A DNA stretch of 64,000 bases from the NCBI RefSeq assembly GCF_009914755.1, contig NC_060930.1, one strand, 5' to 3'. The stretch is from the human T2T-CHM13v2.0 reference genome, Homo sapiens. The notes beneath the pieces are model-generated. The model searched no databases and had not been told where the DNA came from. It saw nothing but the letters and a program-made list of their open reading frames with translations. Shown in pieces: positions 43,057 to 57,490 of the stretch. The translations under genes were made by a program, and so were the position numbers. Numbering within the stretch: position 1 is the stretch's first letter; each line of letters begins with the position of its first letter.

Positions 43057-44186
43057 TGATAAACCTATTTCTAGAAGATTAAAATCATATCTTAAGGTCT
43101 TGGTCATCATCCTTCCTAGAATAGCCATTGCAGTAATTAATGCAATGAAAAATAGGTTCTTATTGGTGTTGGAGGAAGTAAGGACCAAGAGATGACAAGT
43201 GAAAGTCTGTGAGTAATCACTGAAGTGTACCTACAGGTAAGTTTTGACTTCACTGCAAACCCGGAGAAGCATGAGTTCTGACCCTACTGTTGATTACCAG
43301 CTACAAACATGTTGTCATGTACTTTCCCATCAGACCTAAGCAGTGTCAGCATTTCTGAGAAAGAATTCAGTAGGCACTCCAGCCACTTATCTCTAAGGAT
43401 AGCTGCTCTGGAATATAGTTATGGATTTTTCTTTTTTTAACATAATTTCAGACTTCAGAAGTTATAAGAATGTTTCCTAAAATTCTTAGGTACCCCCCTA
43501 CCCAGCTTTTCCTAATGTTAACATTTTATCACATTGGCCTTATCTCTCGCCCTCTTTGTGTCTGTCTGTATACATGTATGCATGTGTATTATATCCATAT
43601 CCCTGACCATTTGAGTAAATCGCAGACATGACACCCTTTTATACCAAAACTTCAGTGTGTAATTCTTAAAATCGGAATTATTTTACACAGCTACAGTACA
43701 ATTGTCAAAATTGCGAACTTAACACTGATATAACATATAGTTGAGTTTTAGTATGGTGGATCACAATGTGGACATCTTGATAAATCTTTTAGTGAAGATG
43801 GTTGAATTGAGGTTACAATGTTAGATAGTTGCTCCTCTCATGTTTCAAATACATACTAAAGACAATTTTCATAATAATGATTTTATGCAGAATTCCTTGC
43901 TTCCGATTTTTCAGCAGCTCATTTTGCAAATGGAGTTCTCTTTTTTTATATATAAACCATTTTCTTAAAGCAGCTTTCTTCAGCTCTCTTAAACGTTGTA
44001 CACACTTAGTAGTGCCTACATCAACACTGACACAACCCTGTATAAGGAACACCTAATATACTCATTCAGGGAGAAGAAAAGGTGTAAGGCTTTCTCTGGG
44101 CACTCTGTGTCATAATATACCAGAAGAAATCTAACTTTTGGTTCATTTAGCATCACATCACATGAGGTGCAGAAGTTATTTATTTA

Positions 44187-44558
<372 letters not shown>

Positions 44559-44767
44559 CTAAACTGGAAACAAAAATAGTTTAAAAACAAATCAGCTATT
44601 TAATTTTAGCATCTACTCAGTTATGCATTCAAGCTGATTTTTTTAAACAGCAAAATATAAACGTTCAAACATTTCCCCCTTACATTAAACCTGGAGCATA
44701 TCCCACAGGATGACAGTCTCTCACTGCTAGATTACCATCATTAGCAACTTGTCCTGTTACAGAAATC

Positions 44768-44870
44768 ATCTTCCTCCTTTCTTCTTTCTTCTTCCTCCTC
44801 CTCTTCTTCCTCCTCTTTCTTCTCTTTCTCCTCCTCCTCCTTCATCTTCTTCTTCTTCATCTTCATCTTA
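44768..44870 (+). repeat. (TCC/TCT)n pyrimidine-rich low-complexity repeat
   Basis: Direct reading; source of the spurious E/K-rich minus-strand ORF. Confidence 0.9.
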
Positions 44871-45406
44871 TTGTTGAGTACCAGTAGAGTACTGAACATA
44901 GCTGATTCTGCTCCCACCCTGAAAGCTTGCATTATAAGTCAGACAGGCAAAACATTTGGAAGATGAGAAACACTCACGAGTAGGGTACTTAGGCATCATA
45001 GGGGTGGGATAATTTACATGGGAATATCTGACTTTTTGTCTGTATGTGTGTTTTTGATAAAAATTCAGAAAATTTACTTGAATTAGTGTCTCATTCATCT
45101 TTACCCATTTCCCCACCTCACCCCTACACTCAGTGTTTCTCCATAAAGGAAATCTATTTTCAGTCTTTTTGGCAAAGGACTCAGGGCCAGATTAGGTTAA
45201 CCCCTGGGCAAGTCATCTATACTTAGAGACCAAGGTGTTGGGGTACAGCATTATTCGAAGACTTCTAGCTTGTCTCTTCCCTCCAGACCTGTCCAAATAT
45301 AAGTCAACAGTAGGAGGAAGTGCCCACAGTTGCAGGTACTATCCAGCTGCCCAAAAGTTGTATAATTTTATAAGGCTGAATTTAAATGCCTCTAGGCTTC
45401 ACGTAA

Positions 45407-45760
<354 letters not shown>

Positions 45761-45821
45761 TAACTTCTAAATGAATGTTCTAAGAAAATGAAAACAGCAT
45801 TGCCCATCTTAAACACAGTTA

Positions 45822-46009
45822 CAGTAAGTCCTCACTTAATGTTGTTGATTGATTCTTTCAAACTGCGACTTTAAGGGGAACGACAACAGGTCCTCAGATA
45901 ACATCATTTGGTTATGACGTTATGAGAAAAAAAGTTGGCTTTGTTATATGTTGTTTTCCTTAAAGTCACAGTTTCTAAGAGCCTGTCAGCAACATTGAGG
46001 ACTTAACCG
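45822..46009. mobile_element. MER82-like Tigger-family element, internally deleted
   Basis: cagtaagtcctcacttaa...aaactgcgactttaa and inverted ttaaagtcacagttt...tgaggactta; TA flanks. Confidence 0.7.
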
Positions 46010-46028
46010 TATATGAAAATAAATCTGG

Positions 46029-46225
46029 GTGTGTGTGTGTGTATGTATATATATATATATATACACACAATATATATATACACACACACATATATATACA
46101 CACACACGTATATACACACACATATATATACACGTGTATATATATACACACATATATACACGTGTATATATATACACGTGTATATATACACATATATATA
46201 CACACACACATACATACATACACAC
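46029..46225. repeat. Compound (TG)n-(TA)n-(CA)n alternating purine-pyrimidine microsatellite
   Basis: Direct reading; explains six spurious ORFs in the track. Confidence 0.95.
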
Positions 46226-47619
46226 TTCACGGACTTCTCAAGTTTCTCTCTTTTGGCAGATGAAAAATCTTGGCTGATTTTGCTCTTCTGATAAATACTG
46301 CAAAAGATAGTAGAACTGAAGTTCTATCTAGTCTTAACACTGTACGAACACTGTACAAATCTTTGAATTCTTATGGTTATAGACTGACTTGGGGCCAAGG
46401 AACAGATTAAAATTAGGGGACTTGGGCATGTGGACTTTGAGAAGTAGATTTTTCTGTTAGGTTTTTCAGTTTTGCTTTTCTGTCTGTTTTGTCTTAACTT
46501 AGAGTACTACCTTATTCGGTACTCCACTGATGCTATAAATGTAGTATTTTTAAACATCAATGCATTGTAATGTTGTTGAACTCCAAAATGCCCAAGCATG
46601 TTATAAAAAGGAAAGGTTATCTATTGAGGTTCATTTGTCATTTACAATGAGAACTGAAAACTTTATGAGAAAAAAGTAATATAGTTGGGCAGGCAGGAGA
46701 GGTCTTGCTGATATGGAGAAGCTAAAACAAGGAAATGGTGCTAGGCTAAGTATCAGCCACAAAGGATGACTGCTGTATTGCTAGCCTGACAGGTTCCACT
46801 GACCAGACACCTCTTTGAGGAATTTAGCTCCTGGCAATGCCCTTTCAGTAATTAGTGCAGTGGAAATGGCACTTAACAAACAGGGATGGTGGCTGCAGTT
46901 TTTCAATGAACCCATCCTCATCTGTGCCTTTTTGGTAAAGAGACCTCGCGTATGAGCTGTAGGACACTCTCGGGGTGGTTGAGAAGAGGAAGCTTTGACT
47001 TCTGCCTGTGAGACCCATATAAAGCTGAGAAGACATGTTTTGCCTTATCTGATAATTAAAAGCAATAAAATTTCAAATGAAAATACCTAGGTTTTCTTGT
47101 GCTAATGGGGAGAAGTTTTTTTTTGTATCCTACAAGTAATCAGTAAAGAAACTTTTGTGGATGAAGTCTTTAAAAATAACATGCAAGTATCTAAATCCAA
47201 GATTAAGCCTAAGATATGACTGGTGGAATGATGTTGTACATCAGAAAAGAAGATAATGAATAAATTAAGTACTATATGACTACAGTCCACAGAAATCCAG
47301 AGAGTTAGCAGGAGTGGAAAGAAAATCATGTGAGAAGTCTTATAAATCATATTCTAAGAGCAGAGAACAAGTAGATTTATTCAGCAGAGATATATCCTAG
47401 ATAAATTAATAATCATATTTGGACAAGATAATTTTATGAAATAGAGGAGCTTGTTTTCATTCCTATATTTGCCCCAGGATCTGTCCCCTGCCCTCATCCC
47501 AGAGACAGCTGGGTCTTTGTATACGCAGAAAGTAGCAGAAAGTTGTCTTCGTAATAAGGTACTCTTATGGGAAAGCAGAAGTAGCATCTTTAAGTGTAGC
47601 AACTGTTGGAGACAGGATA

Positions 47620-47850
47620 TATAGTAGTTAAGAGCAAGGACTCTAGGCCAGGCTACTCTTCACTTATTTGTTGTGTGACTGTGGGCAGTTCACTTAACCA
47701 ATGCCTCAGTTTCCTCATGTGTGAAATGCAGGTAGTAGCTACCTCATAGCCTTGTTGTAACACCAAAATGAGTTAATATATGTAAGAGCATTTAGAAGGT
47801 GCTGATAAAGAATATGTGCTTTGTGTTAGTGTTCATTATTGCAATTATTA
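47620..47850 (+). mobile_element. MIR SINE
   Basis: gtagttaagagcaaggactct...gcctcagtttcctcatgtgtgaaatg. Confidence 0.8.
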
Positions 47851-47928
47851 GGAAGCTTAACTTTAAGGAATCTCTTTTGTCATATCCACCTTCCATGATA
47901 AGTGGCCTTAAAAATAGGCTTGTACAAG

Positions 47929-48082
47929 TCCAGGCATGGTGGGTCATGCCTGTAATCCCAGCTACTCCAGAAGCTGAGGGGAGGATCGCTTGAGCCCAGG
48001 AGTTTGAGGCTGCCGTGACCTGTGATCATGCCACTGCACTCCAGCTCGGGTAACAGAGCAAGACCCAGTCTATTAAAAAAAA
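47929..48082 (+). mobile_element. FRAM / Alu right monomer
   Basis: Single right arm with short A tail. Confidence 0.85.
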
Positions 48083-48117
48083 TTTTTTTAATGAGTTTGG
48101 ACACATGGGTTGTGTAC

Positions 48118-48470
48118 ACACTGTATGGTTCCATGTATATGTTCACATATGTGACATTCTTGAAATGACAAAATTCTGGAAATGAAGAAGAAATTAGTTT
48201 GTCCCAGGTTGCCAGGGATCAGTGGGGAACAGAGGGAAGTGGACATGGCTATAAAAGGGCAATAAGAAGAATCCTTGTGGCGATGGGAATGTTGTATGTC
48301 TTGATGGTATCCATATCAGTATCTTGGTTGTGATGTTGTACTAGAGTTCTGTGAGATGTTACCCTTGGGGAAAACTGGATGAAGGGGGCATGGGATCTCT
48401 CTGTATTATTTCTTGTAACTACATGGGAACCTACAGTTACCTCAAAATAAAACATTTAATAATAAAAAGA
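48118..48470 (+). mobile_element. L1MC/MD-type 3' end
   Basis: ggctataaaagggcaa...gatgttacccttggggaaaactgg...ggatctctctgtattatttctt...caaaataaaa. Confidence 0.8.
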
Positions 48471-48791
48471 AAATGGGCTCGGAACATTCCTAATAGAGAA
48501 AAATTGGCAGTGAAAGCCATGTGTATATCTGAACAGACAGACCAATATTAGGTAAATAAGGCAAATAAATATCACAGAAGGAAAACTGAGCTGACCATTG
48601 ACATTTTAGTGAGATGTTCATGGGCCCCCAAGAAAAAAATTGAGCCCCGTGGGTTCAGAGGGAGGGAGAAGACAGACAACAGCTTCATTTCCCTGAAAAC
48701 TCATCAAACTGGCATTCTCCAAGGGCCTTTGCTTCCCAGACTGTGAAATGTTCTATTTAGTGGATGGTTTTTGGTAAAGAGAAGAAGGTAG

Positions 48792-49117
<326 letters not shown>

Positions 49118-50217
49118 TACAAATGACATTCTTAACGGCAGGCCTATGAGAAAAGAATGTGGGGATGACAGGTATGAGCTAAAAATCATCTGTCTACATG
49201 CCTGGAAATATAGTAATTAAATCCAGGAGATACCTTGTCTGACTTTTCTCTCATCTACTTCTTAAGCACCCCATCCCCCAGAGTTTATCACTTTTACTTT
49301 GTGTGTTCATAACACTCCCCTCATACCACTTAGTATGGCGCTAGTTGTTTGTGTGTGTGTGTGTGTGTATATGTGTATGTGTATATCTTTCCTTCTGGAT
49401 TGGGGCCACCTTGAGGGGACAGCTCACTACTGTACTTAGTTTTGATTTGTTACTTCAAAGCCCAATGTCTGTTGCACAGTAGGCACTTATGAAATAATGA
49501 ATGAGATATTGGCTGTTGTCATGGCCCTGGACAGAGTAGACATTAATCGAGAAGCCTATATAAATTAAACAGATCAAATAAACTGGGAATATTATTGCAC
49601 TAAATGAAATTGTGGTTATTTTTACAAATGAACATTCCTGGGCTTTTCTTTATGTTTTTTAGTCTGGTGAATTTTTTCCTTAGGTTTAAAATAAGAATTT
49701 TAGAGAATTGAGTAATGCAGCTATGAAGAGATGTCTTACAGCAACTACTAACAGCAGTGTGGTGTCAGTCAGGAGGTAAAGGGCAATCAGAAAAAGACAA
49801 GGAGACCATTGGAAAGGAGATAATTGGAAGAATGACTTGTGTGGCCTGCTGGGTTCAATTTCAGTCACAGAGAATGCCATCAGACTAAAACAAATCATGA
49901 TTGAAAGCACTAGTAGCAAGCTTATCTCTTAATGTTTGTGTAAGCATCTCCTCCTTGCCAAGACACACATGAGCCATATTCTGATGTCCAGTATGTGGAA
50001 GAGGTGAAGTGGAGGCACCTAAAGGAACAGCATTCTTCTCCCCAACTGCAAGGTGCAGTAGAAACTGGGTTGATTACACAGTACCTTCCCTTCACCTTCT
50101 TTACTTACGCCAGTCCTCCAGCCATGCCATGTGGGCTTGTCAGGTGCCTGCTGGAAGTTTTACATTTCTGGTTCTGAATGTGTAACACAGAAAGTATACA
50201 ATTAAATATTCCCTTCC

Positions 50218-50595
<378 letters not shown>

Positions 50596-50938
50596 TTAAA
50601 AAAAAAAAAAGCTCACGTTATTTGAATGAATGAACAAATAGTTTGAGGGACATACTGTTCTAAATTAAAAGAGATTTAGACATAAGAGCCAAATGTAACA
50701 CATGAAACTTGATTGGACATGCCTTTAAGAACAATGAGGGTAATTTCACTATAGACTGAATATTAAATATTGTGTGACATTGGGGCATTCTTAATATTCT
50801 TAGGTATGATATTTTGGTCATGTAAGGAAATGCCCTTATTATTAGATATCTGTGTATTCCAGGATGAAGTATTTTGATGTATGTAGCTTATTTTCAGATG
50901 GTTCTGGGAGAAAAAAAGTATAAATATGGAGGGGCGAG

Positions 50939-51513
50939 TGTATTAGGATTCTTCAGAGGGACAGAACCAATAGGATATATATATTTATAAAAAGGAGTTT
51001 ATTAGGGAGAATTGGCTCACATGATTCCAAGGTGAAGTTCCATGATAAGCCTTCCGTAAGCTGGGGAATAGAGAAGCCAATAGTGGCTCAGTCCAAGTCC
51101 AAAAGCCCCCAAACAAAGGAAGCTGACAGTACACGCTTTAGCCTGCAGCCGAGCTCGAGTCCCTGGGAAGCCACTGGTGCACCTCCAGAGTCTAAAGGCC
51201 GAAGAATCTGGAGTCTGATGTCCAAGGGCAGGAGGAGCAGAAGCAAGCATCTGGCGCAGAAAGAAGAAAGTGGACCAGAAGACCAGCAAACAGACTTATC
51301 CCACCTTCTTCCTCCTGCTGTGTTCTGGCCATCCTGGCATCTGATTGGATGGTGCCTACCCACATTGAGGGTGGATCTTCCTCTCCCATTCCACCAACTT
51401 AAACGACAGTTTCCTCTGGCAGACACACCCAGACACATGCAGAAACAATACTTTATCAGCCATCTAGGCATCCCTTAGTCCAATCAAGTTGATACTTAGT
51501 ATTAACCATTATA
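50939..51513 (-). mobile_element. MLT2A-like (ERV-L) solo LTR inserted in an old L1
   Basis: tgtattagg...cagagggacagaaccaatagga at one end and caatcaagttgatacttagtattaaccat at the other match reverse-complemented MLT2 termini. Confidence 0.85.
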
Positions 51514-51849
51514 GTCGAGTTAAAGGAATGTGATAAAACATTAATTGTTGAATCTGAATGGAGTGTACACAGGCGCTTAGTGTATTATTCATTAACCTTT
51601 TCTATATGTTTGAAATTTTTAAATTTATTGAAATTTTTAAAATAAAAAGTTGGGTAAAGACTAAATGCATTTTTCCTATGGTTGGCAACAAACCAAGGGT
51701 GTCCTCTCTCAACACTCGTATTCAGCATCATACCAGAAGGACTAGCCAGCACAGGCAAACAAAAAAAAATGGAAGGCATACAGATTAGAAAGAAGAGTTA
51801 GAGGGAAAACCTTGCCCTCTAAAACTGTTGGACTTGCTGCCATGACTTT

Positions 51850-52149
<300 letters not shown>

Positions 52150-53890
52150 TGCCATGACTTTCATTTAAGATTGTTCTATTTGATGGAGAGCTGTTCCCCC
52201 ATGGCCCATTAGCTTCTCCTGCTTGATCTTTTGATGAGTTCATAGTCACTTGTTTCTGGTATCATGGTGTACCGCCAAAATCAGCTTCCAAGTTCCTGTG
52301 CACCAGAAATGGGAAGGGAAGATGGGCTGTGAGGAAGTGAAAAACCTAATCTCAGTCTTTAAAACATACCTTTGGGGTTTTGGGTACTCATCTCCTGAAG
52401 GGCATATGATAATTTTATTATGACTCCTGACTTCTGTGTGTTCTGCGGCTCTTTAAACTGTCTTCTAGTCAAAAATGTCTCCGCAGAAGCAGCTTCTGCG
52501 TTGCTATCCGGAGGACCAAAATCTGATTGGTAGATGATAAGAGTTGGCCCCAGGAAGATTTCTGATGCCGTATGTTTTTTGAGCATACTAAGGACAAAGA
52601 CCTCAAAGCTCAGGTGCACTCCCAAGATGGTCAGCCTTCCTGATCAGCCATTCCAGATTTCCCAATCTTGTGTTCCCAGGAGGAGAGGGAGACTAATGCT
52701 TAGGAATTATACTGCCTGGCAGTTTGTGAACAACTGACTTTTTAAATGTTTATGATCTAGGACATGGCATCCTAGGAGTATTTCAAGCTAGATTCGTCTC
52801 CATATCAAATGAAGATGATGGCATTCTCCACAAAATTTTAATAATCAGCCTCTTGAACCTTGTTCTCTGTCCACACAATGGCTTTTCAACAGATGTGTTA
52901 CTCCAAAATTATTTTAGGGTCATTGGGAACATTAAGAAAGGAAGGGAAAATTTCAGTCAAATGAGGTGGGAATTTTTTTTTAATGGGTAGCAAGGTGTTT
53001 TCTCAAAGTCTTTCATGGCACACAGAGTAAAATGTCAGGAGAAGATGAATCTAATCCCAGCATATACCCCGAAAGCAAAGCATGAGGAGAAACACAGAAA
53101 GTACCTGTAAAGCAGGTTTTTTTCAAGTCTCTTTTATCAGTTTTTCCAGTGAGAGTGTGGTATTTTTCGTGGACAAAGGTTTTACCAGCTAAAAGCTCCT
53201 TTTAAGTGGTCGAAGGAGAAACAGCAGTGATGTGTGAGGGTTCGTTAATTATTGCTCTTACTGATGTTTGCACAGGCTGTTGGGATCATAAATGTCAATC
53301 TGTCAAGAGACTGATAGGTTCTAAAAAAACTGATTGAGTACCTCAAGAGCTGTCATAGAGCCTGAGATTAAACAGATTCATCTTTCGTAGAAGTAAGGGA
53401 CGGTGTGGGTGAAGGGAATAGCAGAAGGCTTTCTTCTCTTTGTTGCCGCATTGCTTCTCCCACTCTCCTATTCTGTATTGTGAGTGTTGGCTTGTACGGA
53501 GGCCTAAAAGCCTGTCTGCCTGAGATGTCAGGAAGCCACAGCCATGGTTAGTGCACGGGGTGTGTGCAGGCTGCCAGCTGCAGGGTGACAGGAGATTAAG
53601 AGAGATTGAGATTCAGCTTTGACAGGCATGACACAATTTATTTGGAAATTTTCAGGCGGGAACATGAGTAATAAAGACAAGAATGACAGTAAGGAACAAA
53701 TGTGAATTTCTGCCAGAGACAAAACAGAATTTTAAAAGAAGTAGCTCTGTTTGTTGTCTCCAGTTAAGCTTTCCAGTTAAACTGTGTTCTTAAATTGAAA
53801 GTCTTAACACTACTTTCTGAGACTGGCTAGGAAAGTACAATTAGAAGAATTCCTCTCTTCAGAAGATTCCATGTCTTTAAAATTACTGTA

Positions 53891-54663
53891 CAACCAGCCC
53901 ACCATATCCATGGGTTCCACATCTGTGGATTCAACCAACCATAGACTGAAAATATTTGGGAAAAAATGGATGATTGTGTCGTACTGAACATGTAGTTTTT
54001 TTGTCATTATTCCCTAAATAATACAGTATAACAACTATTTACATAGTGTTTATATTGTATTAGGGATTATAAGTAATCTAGAGAAGATTAAAGTACAGTT
54101 GATGCTTGAACAACATGGGTTTCAACTGTGCAGGTCCACTATGCACAGATTTCCTTCTGCCTCTGCCATCCCAGAAACTGCAAGACCAGCCCCCCACTCC
54201 TCCTTCGTCTCCTCCTCAGCTAGTCAGCGTGAAGACAACAACGATGAAGACTTCGATGATCCACTTTCACTTAAGGAAGAGAAATTGTGTTTTCTCTTCC
54301 ATATGGTTTTCTTAATTTTTTTTTCCTGTAGCTTACTTTATTGTAAAAATACAGTATGTAATACATAAAACATGCAAAATATGTGTTAATTGTCTGTGTG
54401 TTATCAGTGAGACTTCTGGTCAGCAGGAGGCTATTACTAGCTAAATTTTGAGGGAGTCAGAAGTTATATGAAAATTTTCAGCTGTAACAGGGGTCAGCGC
54501 CCCAAACCCCATGTTGTTCAAGGGTCAGCTGTATACGGGAGGATGTATGTAGCTTATATGCAAATACTTTGCCATTTTATATAAGGGACTTGAGCATCTA
54601 TGGAATTTGGTATCCTTGGGGGGTCCTGGAACCAATCTCCCTTGGATACCGAGAGACGGACTG
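53891..54663 (-). mobile_element. MER2 (53891-54095 and 54532-54663) interrupted by a Tigger2a-like element
   Basis: atccatgggttccacatctgtggattcaaccaacc...aagtaatctagag and gggacttgagcatc...ggtcctggaaccaatc...ggataccgag. Confidence 0.88.
54096..54531. mobile_element. Tigger2a (MER28)-like MITE
   Basis: TIRs cagttgatgcttgaacaacatggg / cccatgttgttcaagggtcagctg with TA duplications; 436 nt. Confidence 0.85.
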
Positions 54664-57490
54664 TGCAGTACTTGTCTCTCTGTCGAAAATTAAGCGCAGT
54701 TACTTTCAAACCAAGAAAGCTAAATAGGCAAAATCCTTCTTCTTAAGATTTTCCTTCCTTATTTAATCACATTATGATTCTTGATCAGACTTTCCTTTGA
54801 CTAGATCTGATGTGATATCTTTCTCATTCTATTAAACATTGGCAGAGAAAGCAGGGGTCTGGTGAGTACCAAGAGTTGTGAACGTGGAATGGGGGAGCGG
54901 CAGCTCTGTGTGGGTATATCTACTACACTAGATTATGTTCTCAAGTAAAAGCATACTGGAAAAAAAGAATCTGCTTTGTTGGCCCTTTATGAAGGACCTT
55001 AATTAGAAGTCACTGTTAACTCCTGGGGTGGGAATGGTTTCCAGCTTGGCACGGGAGTTCCTCCTGCTACTAATGAGCATGCTCCTTGCAAGGACTCGCT
55101 GCTTCTGACAGTTAAAGCTGCATTGTAAGAGTTATTTCTTGTCACCTCTCTCTCCACATTTAACTGTTACTGCCCAAGTTCAGAGTATGTAAGTAGACTG
55201 TTAGGTGTTTTCAGGAAATTGGCAATGCTTCACGGTAACAGGGAATGATATTTGTGAGTAAAAGTAAATCATTACAGGTTAATTTATTCAAATATGGGTA
55301 GTAGATGGTTGCTTTAATGTCAACCATGTTTGGATTTTTTTTTCCTGGTAGTCTTTTTCTAATTGACATAAAACTTACAAATGAATAGTTGAATTATTTA
55401 ATTCATTATCATGTCGTTAGAACCCCTGCCCTGGACATCTGTTTCTCTTATTTAAGCAACTCGCCCTGTGGCACAAAGGTTTCATTAACTAATTAGCAGA
55501 GGAAATGTAAATTTCTTATGCAAGTGAGGATGATTCTATAGATTACTATTTATTTCATTAGCTTCTCATTAAAACACTAAGTTGACTTGTGAGAAAATGC
55601 CGGAGAATGGTTTGCTTCTCGAAGAAATTACACATACACAGTCACCTTCTTGGGCAATAGCTTGTGGAGGATAGTGAGCAGTTTTGGAAGCTTATTTACC
55701 CTCGCTCTTGGTGGCAGGGAGCATTAGAGAGCATCTAACAGATCTTCATCTAGGGAAGGGTAAGTGGGCATATTCCAGAGCTTCAAAGGTGTGGATCTCT
55801 TGCTATCTGGAATAGTTCTTTGATTCTAAAACATAACACATTCTGTTAGACATTTCTTCTGCCTTGCTTTAGAATCATCTAGCATTGCTTCCTGGGGCCC
55901 AGACTTCCTGTACATGGATGCCTTTGGTCATAGACTTGTACGGATGCTGGGACATTGATTGTCAGAGGATCGAGTAGGGCTTAATGGTGTTCTTTTAGGA
56001 TGATCAGTATATCATACCAGAAGCTGTGGCAGCATCAGAAACCTCCTTTAGGATTCATTGTTCAAGAATATTCCATGCCTACTGCCTACCAGAACAAATA
56101 ACTCAGTGGTCTTTATATTAATGTGGAATAGATCAAGGAAAATCTCAGCATGGGATCATGTAGACATTCCTTAGTGTTGCTATTGAATGCCCATTGGTCA
56201 GGTAAGATGGGGAATTAAGAGAAAAAGAGGTCAAGACTGCACAGGCCTCCTAACTTTGCAGGGCAGGGGTTGGGGGGTCCCATCAAAGTGGGTTGTTTGG
56301 TGATGACTAATGATTGTGATTATGTAAATATGAATTCTATTTCTCAGCCATAGGACTCATACATTTAAAAAATTTTTCTTCACATATCTAACTCCCTTAC
56401 TTATTTGGACATAGTTACCTTATGGATAATATTGCCACACTGAAATTCTTTTTGTCTTTATTTTTTCCCCCGGCTTCATTGACACAGTGAAATTAAATTG
56501 TCTTCTCCTTGCAGGAAAGGTTTGTTTTAGAAATGGGTGCTTTGCAGATGAACAGCATGTTTGACGGTTTGGGATAGATTCATGTAGAAAGAGCTCTAAA
56601 TGTGAACTCTGCATTTTCAGACACAGAGGTGTGAAAGAAAGGGGCTCAGGGTCTGAGCAGTTCTGTGTTAGAGTAGAGGTGTGCTGGCATTGTGCCAAGG
56701 CCCTCCAGATTTTAATCATAGTAATAATGAAAAGGCCTCAGCTGCCTCCCCATCTTGTGCTGACACCTGCCTCCCAGTGGGAGTAATTTCCTATAAGGAT
56801 GCTTTGAATTTAGGACTTTGTCTCAGAAAAAAACATTTTTTGTTACAGTTTTTACCCTAGAATTTTCTTGTTACAAAAAAAAAATTCTAAATAGGGTTAT
56901 TGATACAAATAGAGCCATTGCTGGTTTGTGTAAAAGGACCCCGCCCGCAGAGAGCAGTGTGGCTCATACAAGGTGAATTTCTTTCAGCTGACTGCTTTGT
57001 AATGATTTATATTTAAATTGTTGCTTGTTGCTCTTGTAGAAGAAGGGAGAGCGCCTGCCCTATCTGTAGCCACCTTACTCACCACACTGACTGGGCCTGG
57101 ACAGCTTTGCTCAGCAGAGCTGGGAAATAGGCTGAACTTGCCTTCAATTGTTTTCATCAGAGTCCTTATTTAGTTGGTTTGTATTGGGGCAAAATGTCAT
57201 GTAGGACTGGAAGAATTAAATGAGATGAAAAATGAAGTCTGTAGTTGCTAAGAATGGTGCAGGGCCTCCATATGCCAGTACAGCACAGCAGGGCTGGGGG
57301 ACTATGAGCAAACTACCAGCATCACCATCGGGGTCCACTGGACAATCTTGGGTGAAGTGCAGCATCTTCCTCACACACAGGGAGGCTAGGAAAGGGCATA
57401 CAGACAGCCTTCACTAAAATACATCCTATAGGCTGTGGCTTCTCACTAGAGCCACTTTAAGTAGAACATTAGGACTGCCTAGGAGACAAA

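Noticed and set aside
45975-46291. Six overlapping Y/I/H/T/C/V-rich ORFs
   Set aside because: Artefacts of a dinucleotide microsatellite with no stop codons
51017-51478. Overlapping 90-148 aa ORFs
   Set aside because: Lie within the MLT2 LTR; no recognisable domain
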